From Flavobacterium sp. (GTDB lineage Bacteria; Bacteroidota; Bacteroidia; Flavobacteriales; Flavobacteriaceae): a stretch of DNA of 45,685 nt. A model generated the notes under the pieces. That model had not been told where the DNA came from. It did not search any database and saw only the letters and a list, made by a program, of their open reading frames with translations. Below, piece after piece: positions 38,881 through 45,685 of the stretch. The position numbers and the translations under genes are program-made. The stretch lies in assembly GCA_040379105.1 (NCBI GenBank), contig JBEILV010000001.1:1-45685 (forward strand), read 5' to 3'. The stretch's first letter is position 1, and each line of letters starts with the position of its first letter.

Positions 38881-38893
38881 TACAAATTTTGTA
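38881..38893. promoter_or_regulatory. Putative TA autoregulatory operator
   Basis: TACAAA-T-TTTGTA palindrome about 25 nt upstream of the antitoxin start. Confidence 0.4.
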
Positions 38894-38943
38894 TCCTTTA
38901 TTGATTTATAATTTACATAAATCTATACTCTTAATTTTTCAAT

Positions 38944-38981
38944 AAAAAAGGTTGCCATTCATCAAAACAGCAACCTTTTTT
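38944..38981 (-). terminator. Rho-independent terminator of the prolyl oligopeptidase gene
   Basis: AAAAAAGGTTGC...GCAACCTTTTTT. Confidence 0.8.
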
Positions 38982-38998
38982 AACCTTGAGGATTTGAT

Positions 38999-41134
38999 TT
39001 ATTTCAATGTTGTAATTCCCATATTATACAAAGTGAATGCTTGAATATCAGCATTTTCTTGAATGGTTTTCGAAATTGGTTTTCCCGCTCCATGTCCGGC
39101 GTTGACTTCAATTCTGATCAAAACGGGGTTTGTACCTGTTTGTTTAGCTTGCAACTCGGCTGCAAATTTAAAACTGTGTGCTGGCACCACTCTATCGTCG
39201 TGATCGCCTGTTGTGATGAGCGTTGCTGGATATTGAACTCCCGATTTCACATTGTGCACCGGCGAATAACCTTTCAAATATTGAAACATTTCCACGCTGT
39301 CTTCTGCCGTGCCATAATCGTAAGCCCAACCTGCGCCTGCTGTAAATGTATGATAGCGCAACATATCTAAAACTCCCACGGCTGGCAATGCCACTTTCAT
39401 TAAATCTGGGCGTTGCGTCATGGTGGCGCCTACTAATAAACCACCGTTCGAGCCGCCTCGGATGGCCAAGAAATCTGAAGATGTGTATTTTTCTTTGATC
39501 AAATATTCAGCTGCTGCAATAAAATCATCAAACACATTTTGTTTGTTCATCTGTGTGCCTGCATCGTGCCATTTTTTTCCATATTCGCCTCCTCCACGCA
39601 AGTTCGGCACTGCATAAACCCCACCATTTTCCAACCAAACCGCATTTACCACACTAAAACTCGGAGTCAAACTCACGTTAAATCCTCCATATCCATAAAG
39701 CATCGTTGGATTTTTCCCGTTTAAAGTCAATCCTTTTTTGTGCGTGATGATCATCGGCACTTTTGTCCCGTCTTTTGAAGTGTAAAACACTTGTTTCGAT
39801 TCGTATAAATTCGGGTCAAACTGAATTTTAGGCGTTGCATACACCGAAGATTTTCCATTAATTGGCTCAAAACTATACACTGTTCCCGCTGTAATGTAGT
39901 TTGTAAATGTGTAGTAAAGCACTTTGTCTTCTTTTTTTCCACCAAAACCATCGGCCGTTCCGATGCCTGGCAATTCAATAGTGCGCATCAATTTTCCATC
40001 GTAAGAAAGCTGATTTACAGACGAAACAGCATCTTTCATATAATGCGTAAAAATGTAGCCCCCACCAGTTGCTGGAGTCAGTACATTTTCAGTTTCTGGC
40101 ACAAAATCTTTCCAGTTTTCTGGCTGAGGTGTCGCCGCATTGACCGTTACAATTTTCTGATTTGGAGCATTTCTATTGGTCACGATATAAAGTTTATCGC
40201 CCACATTGTCCAAAACATAATGGTCATTGTCAAAATTATTAACCACCGTAATGAGTTTGTTGTTAGGTTTAGATAAATCTTTCAAATACAACTCATTACC
40301 AGAAGTTGAAACAGCCGCCGAAATCACCAAAAAGCGCTCATCTTCCGTCAACGAACCGCTCACGTAGCGTCTTTTTTCATTGGCACCAAAAACCACCACA
40401 TCTTCCTTTTGAGATTTTCCTAAAGTGTGAAAATAGAGTTTATGTTGGTCTGTTTTTGCCGAAAGCTCGCTTCCTTCAGGTTTGTCGTAGCTAGAATAAT
40501 AAAAACCTTCGTTGCCTTTCCAAGCAATGCCCGAAAATTTCACATCCACCAAAGTATCTTCAATAATCACTTTCGATTTGGCATCCATAATGATCACTTT
40601 GCGCCAATCGCTGCCGCCTTCCGAAATCGAATATGCCACTTTCGAACCATCTTTCGAAAAAGAAACTCCACCCAAAGAGGTTGTGCCATCTTTCGAAAAC
40701 GTATTTGGATCTAAAAAAACCTCTTCTTTGTCGTTTTCAGAAGCTTTTCTATACAAAACTGATTGATTTTGCAAACCGTCGTTTTTATAAAAATAAATAT
40801 ACTTTCCTTCTTTTGAAGGAGCTGAAATTCTTTCGTAATTCCACATCTTTTCCATCTTTTCCTTGATGGTTTTTTGCAACGGAATCTTGTTCAAATAGCC
40901 AAAAGTAACCTCGTTTTGCGTTTTTACCCAAGCTGCCGTTTCCGCCGATTGGTCATCTTCCAACCATCGATAAGGATCAGCCACTTTTTCTTCAAAATAA
41001 ACGGACACCGTGTCCACTTTTTTGGTTTCAGGATAAGTCACAGTCATTAAATTCGGTTTCACTTCTTCTTTTTTTTCATCTTTACATGCAGAAACAAGCG
41101 CAAGGAGCATTAAAACAGGGACAGTTTTTTTCAT
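38999..41134 (-). CDS. Prolyl oligopeptidase (S9A), lipoprotein
   Basis: LVSAC lipobox, [34 protein letters not shown]; start at MKKTV. Confidence 0.95.
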   Translation of the reverse strand: MKKTVPVLMLLALVSACKDEKKEEVKPNLMTVTYPETKKVDTVSVYFEEKVADPYRWLEDDQSAETAAWVKTQNEVTFGYLNKIPLQKTIKEKMEKMWNYERISAPSKEGKYIYFYKNDGLQNQSVLYRKASENDKEEVFLDPNTFSKDGTTSLGGVSFSKDGSKVAYSISEGGSDWRKVIIMDAKSKVIIEDTLVDVKFSGIAWKGNEGFYYSSYDKPEGSELSAKTDQHKLYFHTLGKSQKEDVVVFGANEKRRYVSGSLTEDERFLVISAAVSTSGNELYLKDLSKPNNKLITVVNNFDNDHYVLDNVGDKLYIVTNRNAPNQKIVTVNAATPQPENWKDFVPETENVLTPATGGGYIFTHYMKDAVSSVNQLSYDGKLMRTIELPGIGTADGFGGKKEDKVLYYTFTNYITAGTVYSFEPINGKSSVYATPKIQFDPNLYESKQVFYTSKDGTKVPMIITHKKGLTLNGKNPTMLYGYGGFNVSLTPSFSVVNAVWLENGGVYAVPNLRGGGEYGKKWHDAGTQMNKQNVFDDFIAAAEYLIKEKYTSSDFLAIRGGSNGGLLVGATMTQRPDLMKVALPAVGVLDMLRYHTFTAGAGWAYDYGTAEDSVEMFQYLKGYSPVHNVKSGVQYPATLITTGDHDDRVVPAHSFKFAAELQAKQTGTNPVLIRIEVNAGHGAGKPISKTIQENADIQAFTLYNMGITTLK

Positions 41135-41216
41135 TTTGAATCTTTTACTATTGGTGTTCAAATTTATGGAAAACTACGAAAACAACTCAACTTAAGTCAC
41201 TTTTAATTTTTTTTTC

Positions 41217-41360
41217 AGGAGCTCCATCCAGCTGGTCGCTACAAGTCCTCGCCAGCCACGCCATTTTTCTAAGCAAAAAAAGAGCTTCCGTTGGTCGCTT
41301 TTTTTTGCTAAGAAAAATTGGCGCGCCTTGGCTGTGGGCTTTTCGCTGCCATCTGGGCTA
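41217..41360 (+). ncRNA. Flavo-1-like structured intergenic element, copy 3 (long stem)
   Basis: AGGAGCTCCATCCAGCTGGTCGCTACAAGTCC-[long hairpin]-GGGCTTTTCGCTGCCATCTGGGCTA. Confidence 0.55.
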
Positions 41361-41412
41361 TTTTTGGGCAGTTTTTCAAACAATCGATATTGATTAAATT
41401 GATAGAAAGTCT

Positions 41413-42357
41413 TTAATCCTTCGCCTTTGTGTTTTGAAGTTTCAATAAATTAATATTCCGCTGCAATCCTTCAAATTTGGTTCTTTTTACCGCCGAGTTT
41501 TTAAAAATCGTCGAAAACACTTCTTGTGTCAATTCTTCCCAATCGTTTTTTGTGAAATGCAAAATCGATGGATTTGGCTCAAAAGCAGGTTCGTTGTGTG
41601 GTTTCGAAAATTTATTCCACGGACAAACATCCTGACAAACATCGCAACCAAACATCCAATCGTCGAAATTTTGAGTCATTTCCAACGGGAATTGTTCTTT
41701 CAACTCAATCGTAAAATAAGAAATACATTGACTTCCGTTGACCACATAAGGCTTCACGATGGCTTGCGTCGGACAAGCATCAATGCAAGCTGTGCAAGAT
41801 CCACAATGATCGGTAGTCGGAGTGTCATAATCAAGTGGTAAATCAAGAATCAATTCTGCCAAAAAATAAAACGAACCTACTTTTTTGGTAATCAAATTAC
41901 TGTTTTTTCCCACCCAACCCAAACCACTTTTGGCGGCCCAAGCTTTTTCCAAAACGGGAGCAGAATCTACAAAAACACGACCAGAAACTTCGCCTATTTC
42001 TGTTTCTATGGCGTGCATCAACATCCGCAATTTGGATTTGATGACCTGATGATAATCTTCGCCGTAGGCATATTTCGAAATCTTGTACGAATTTTCGTCC
42101 TGTGATTCATTCGGAAAATAATTGTACAAAAGCGACACCACACTTTTGGCATCGGGCACAAGCAACGTCGGATCTAATCGTTTGTCAAAATGATTTTCCA
42201 TGTATTGCATTTTGCCATGCGCATTGGATTTTAACCATTGTTCCAAACGTGGCGCTTCGCTTTCTAAAAAACCCGCTTTAGAAATTCCACAAGACAAAAA
42301 ACCCAAACGTTTGGCTTCGTCTTTTATAATTTTGGTATGTTTTTCTAGCAGATTCAT
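41413..42357 (-). CDS. queG: Epoxyqueuosine reductase
   Basis: [46 protein letters not shown]. Confidence 0.95.
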   Translation of the reverse strand: MNLLEKHTKIIKDEAKRLGFLSCGISKAGFLESEAPRLEQWLKSNAHGKMQYMENHFDKRLDPTLLVPDAKSVVSLLYNYFPNESQDENSYKISKYAYGEDYHQVIKSKLRMLMHAIETEIGEVSGRVFVDSAPVLEKAWAAKSGLGWVGKNSNLITKKVGSFYFLAELILDLPLDYDTPTTDHCGSCTACIDACPTQAIVKPYVVNGSQCISYFTIELKEQFPLEMTQNFDDWMFGCDVCQDVCPWNKFSKPHNEPAFEPNPSILHFTKNDWEELTQEVFSTIFKNSAVKRTKFEGLQRNINLLKLQNTKAKD

Positions 42358-43685
42358 GCACGATTTCTGAATTCTAAAATAGCTTCGAAAGGTTTTAAAG
42401 TAATCAAAGGTTTGATTTGAATGGGAGTTTGTTTTTCAATAATTTCAAATCTTTCTACAACGGTCATGATGGCTAAAATCATTTCATACATCGCAAAATT
42501 ATTGCCTATGCACATTCTTTGTCCAGCTCCAAAAGGATAATAATTTTTTGAAAATTTGATGCTTCCATCCTGAAAACGCTCGGGAATAAATGCCTCTGGA
42601 TGTTCCCAAAAATCAGGATGACGATGGATTTCATAAACCGAAAACAACAAATTTGAACCTTTCGGCAACGCCATATTGTTGAACTCGTCATCTTCTTTAT
42701 TAATCCGATCGATGAAATAAGCCGGTGGATACAAGCGCATGGCTTCTTCAATCACAAGTTTGGTGTAAGTAGCATTTTTTAACCACGACAAAACATCCGA
42801 AGACTCCTCATTAATTTGTTTCACTTCGGCTAGAATTTTTGTTTGCGCCTCGGGATTTCTGGCCAAAAGTTCACAGGTAAAAGTCAACGCATTGGAAGTT
42901 GTTTCATGGCCTGCGGCAAACAAAATCAGAATTTCGTCCAACAATTGTGCTTCTTCCATGGCTTCGCCATCTTCATATCGAGCATCGAGCAACATGTCGA
43001 GCAAATCATTGAATTTTTTTCCGCTTTGCTTTCTTTGCTGTACCAAACGACGAAGAATTGCCCTAGATTCGTCTATCAAATCGATATGGAATTTGATTTT
43101 TCCTGATAAGTTGAACCACCATAGCAAATAAGGTTGTCGTAATTCTCTGACCAACATTTGTTGCGTGACCTCGGTGGCGTGTTGCAGTTTTTTGATGTCT
43201 TCCTCTACAATGTCTGAACTGAACAAAGATTTTACAACGGTTTGAAATGCCAAATCGTTGAAAATTGGAAAAATATCATTCTGTTCATTGACAACGATAT
43301 GATCTAATTCTTTTTGGATGATATGATGAATCGTGTCCAACAAAAGCGCTAATTGACTTTTATGAAAAGCTGGCTGAATTAACTTGCGCTGTTTTTGCCA
43401 TTTTTCGCCCTCTGCGGTCAGCAAACCTTTTCCGATGTATTTTGCTAAATCGACCGTTTGGATGGGAGATTTGGTATAGTTTTTCTGATTTTTTTGCAAG
43501 ACGTAGCTCAACAAATCAGCATCTCTTGTAAAAATGACTGATTTTCCAAAACCTATTTGAAGTCGAAAAGAATCGCCGTGCAAAAGAAAATTGGCTTTGT
43601 GAAACGGTAACGGATTCCGTAGGATTGTTAACGAATGCTTGATAAATTTCGGTAGCGAAACAACAGGAATTTGTTTTGTCGGCAT
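42354..43685 (-). CDS. Cytochrome P450
   Basis: AGHETT I-helix, EAMR (ExxR), [15 protein letters not shown] haem-thiolate loop. Confidence 0.95.
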   Translation of the reverse strand: MPTKQIPVVSLPKFIKHSLTILRNPLPFHKANFLLHGDSFRLQIGFGKSVIFTRDADLLSYVLQKNQKNYTKSPIQTVDLAKYIGKGLLTAEGEKWQKQRKLIQPAFHKSQLALLLDTIHHIIQKELDHIVVNEQNDIFPIFNDLAFQTVVKSLFSSDIVEEDIKKLQHATEVTQQMLVRELRQPYLLWWFNLSGKIKFHIDLIDESRAILRRLVQQRKQSGKKFNDLLDMLLDARYEDGEAMEEAQLLDEILILFAAGHETTSNALTFTCELLARNPEAQTKILAEVKQINEESSDVLSWLKNATYTKLVIEEAMRLYPPAYFIDRINKEDDEFNNMALPKGSNLLFSVYEIHRHPDFWEHPEAFIPERFQDGSIKFSKNYYPFGAGQRMCIGNNFAMYEMILAIMTVVERFEIIEKQTPIQIKPLITLKPFEAILEFRNRA

Positions 43686-43857
43686 AACAGCAACTTAATT
43701 TTGATGTAAAAATAGTGCCTAAACCTTGATTAAAGAGCTTTTAAAAGTAATTTTTAGGATTTTATAATGAATTATTTATCCGAAAATAAAGAGATCGATT
43801 AAGAACAAACCGTTGTTTGAAATTAAGACATAGCTTTGGTTCAATTCCGAACTCCCA

Positions 43858-44003
43858 TAGCCCTGATTGAAGTGGAAAGCCCGTAAAGCAAAAAAAGCAA
43901 ATTTTTGTTGGTTTTTGAGAGTGACCAACGGAAACTCCTCAAAAACCTTACAAAAATGCTTTTTTTGCTGCGGACTTGGAACGAAAAGCAGGAATGAGCT
44001 CCT
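43858..44003 (-). ncRNA. Flavo-1-like structured intergenic element, copy 4 (long stem)
   Basis: Reverse complement reads AGGAGCTCATTCCTGCTTTTCGTTCCAAGTCC-[long hairpin]-GGGCTTTCCACTTCAATCAGGGCTA. Confidence 0.6.
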
Positions 44004-44011
44004 AAAAAAAA

Positions 44012-45034
44012 TTAAAAAAGTCCTCCTTGCACGTTGATTTTTATTTTACCCAAATGTTTGTACGCCTTCTCTGTGACTTCCCTTCCTCGAGGCGTCCTGA
44101 TGATGAAACCTTCTTGAATCAAAAAAGGCTCGTACACTTCTTCGATGGTTTCGCCACTGTCTGAAACTGCGGTGGCAAGGGTTGACAATCCGACGGGGCC
44201 ACCTTTGAATTTATCAATGATGGTGGTCAAGATTTTATTATCCATCTCATCTAATCCGTGTGCATCAACATTCAACGCACGAAGGCTGTATTTCGCAATT
44301 TCGATGTCAATAGCTCCATTGCCTTTGATTTGCGCAAAATCGCGCACTCTTCGCAATAATGCGTTGGCAATACGGGGAGTGCCTCTGCTTCTACCCGCAA
44401 TTTCAATCGCAGCTTCCATAGAAATAGGCACTTTCAAAATCGTAGCGCTTCTTTCGATGATGGTTGTGAGTAATTCTTTGGAATAATATTGCAAACGACT
44501 TTGGATGCCGAATCTGGCTCTCATTGGCGATGTGAGCAAACCTGAACGGGTTGTAGCCCCAATAAGTGTAAATGGATTCAGATTGATTTGAACAGTCCGC
44601 GCGTTGGGGCCAGATTCAATCATGATATCAATCTTGAAATCTTCCATTGCAGAGTATAAATATTCCTCAACAACAGGACTTAAACGATGGATTTCGTCAA
44701 TAAAAAGGACATCGCGTTCTTCTAAATTAGTAAGTAAGCCCGCCAAATCGCCGGGTTTATCCAAAACGGGGCCAGAAGTAATTTTGATACCAACATTTAA
44801 TTCTGCGGCTAAAATATTGGCAAGAGTCGTTTTTCCTAAACCGGGAGGGCCATGGAAAAGAGTGTGGTCTAAAGCTTCACCCCTTTGATTGGCAGCTTCG
44901 ACGAAAACTTTTAAATTTTCAAGCACTTGTTCTTGACCTGTAAAATCACTAAAACTAAGGGGTCTTAACTTTCTTTCAATATCAAAATCCTCAGAATTTT
45001 GATTGGGCGAAGTTGGATTTAAATTTTCATTCAT
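44012..45034 (-). CDS. ruvB: Holliday junction branch migration helicase RuvB
   Basis: [40 protein letters not shown]. Confidence 0.97.
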   Translation of the reverse strand: MNENLNPTSPNQNSEDFDIERKLRPLSFSDFTGQEQVLENLKVFVEAANQRGEALDHTLFHGPPGLGKTTLANILAAELNVGIKITSGPVLDKPGDLAGLLTNLEERDVLFIDEIHRLSPVVEEYLYSAMEDFKIDIMIESGPNARTVQINLNPFTLIGATTRSGLLTSPMRARFGIQSRLQYYSKELLTTIIERSATILKVPISMEAAIEIAGRSRGTPRIANALLRRVRDFAQIKGNGAIDIEIAKYSLRALNVDAHGLDEMDNKILTTIIDKFKGGPVGLSTLATAVSDSGETIEEVYEPFLIQEGFIIRTPRGREVTEKAYKHLGKIKINVQGGLF

Positions 45035-45080
45035 ATTTCCAAAGATAGAAATCTATTTAATTAAAAAAAGACGAAACCAC

Positions 45081-45112
45081 AAAAAAAGCCTTTCCACAAG
45101 GAAAAGGCTTTT
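45081..45112 (-). terminator. Rho-independent terminator after cytochrome c oxidase subunit I
   Basis: Minus strand GCCTTTTC-CTTGT-GGAAAGGC followed by T7. Confidence 0.8.
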
Positions 45113-45136
45113 ATAGGAATTAATAATAACTATGTA

Positions 45137-45685
45137 TTAATGATGCAATTGTTCTTCACCTTCTTTCATAGGAACCGTTTGTGGGATAAAATCGTCATCT
45201 GCACCAGGTTTGCTATAATCATAAGGCCAACGATGAACTTCTGGCAATGCACCAGGCCAGTTTCCGTGGATGTGCTCTACTGGAGCTGTCCACTCCAATG
45301 TGTTTGAACGCCATGGATTTTGTTCTGCTTTCTTTCCGTAGAAAATACTGTAGAAGAAATTCCACAAAAACAATAATTGGAAAGCACTACCAATGATCGC
45401 AAAAGTTGTAATAATTACGTTCACATTTTGTAAATCATCAAACAATGGGAATGCTGTGTTTGTATAATATCTTCTTGGTAATCCAGCCATTCCGATAAAG
45501 TGCATTGGGAAAAACACCCCATAGGCCGCAACTGCCGTTACCCAAAAGTGAACATAACCTAAGTTTTTGTTCATCATTCTACCGAACATTCTTGGGAACC
45601 AATGATAAACACCAGCAAAGAAGCCATATAAAGCAGAAATACCCATTACTAAGTGGAAGTGAGCCACAACGAAGTAAGTATCGTG
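45137..45685 (-). CDS. Cytochrome c oxidase subunit I, 3' part (runs off the window)
   Basis: HDTYFVVAHFH haem ligands, PMHFIGMAGLPRRY, NPW..NTLEW. Confidence 0.93.
   Translation of the reverse strand, partial: HDTYFVVAHFHLVMGISALYGFFAGVYHWFPRMFGRMMNKNLGYVHFWVTAVAAYGVFFPMHFIGMAGLPRRYYTNTAFPLFDDLQNVNVIITTFAIIGSAFQLLFLWNFFYSIFYGKKAEQNPWRSNTLEWTAPVEHIHGNWPGALPEVHRWPYDYSKPGADDDFIPQTVPMKEGEEQLHH

Overview
AT-rich Bacteroidota chromosome segment, most likely Flavobacterium, judged from protein sequences, gene order and TAnnTTTG promoter boxes. Most of it is housekeeping: enoyl-CoA hydratase, pth, dxs, tadA-like deaminase, pyk, rnc-fabF-acpP, purN, gcdH, prolyl oligopeptidase, queG, a P450, ruvB and the 3' part of cytochrome c oxidase subunit I. 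There are three accessory blocks. (1) 16.0-23.8 kb: a LacI-controlled sugar (probably sucrose) locus without susD, comprising a TonB-dependent transporter, exported glutaredoxin-like protein, MFS permease, GH100-like hydrolase and PfkB kinase. (2) About 25.8-35.6 kb: a type I restriction-modification defence island, hsdM - HEPN RNase (RNASAHAY) - [MNT nucleotidyltransferase fused in frame to HsdS] - frameshifted small P-loop gene - HigB-like toxin - HTH/IrrE-peptidase antitoxin - hsdR, preceded by an unknown gene with 11-bp-phased upstream repeats. (3) 35.8-38.9 kb: selO, a secreted protein lacking an ATG, and a YafQ-type TA pair. Four copies of a structured intergenic element with compensatory stem changes (Flavo-1-like) are dispersed through the window. 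The best candidate for an undescribed system is the HEPN toxin whose putative AMPylating antitoxin is fused to the R-M specificity subunit. All calls come from reading motifs by eye; no searches were run.
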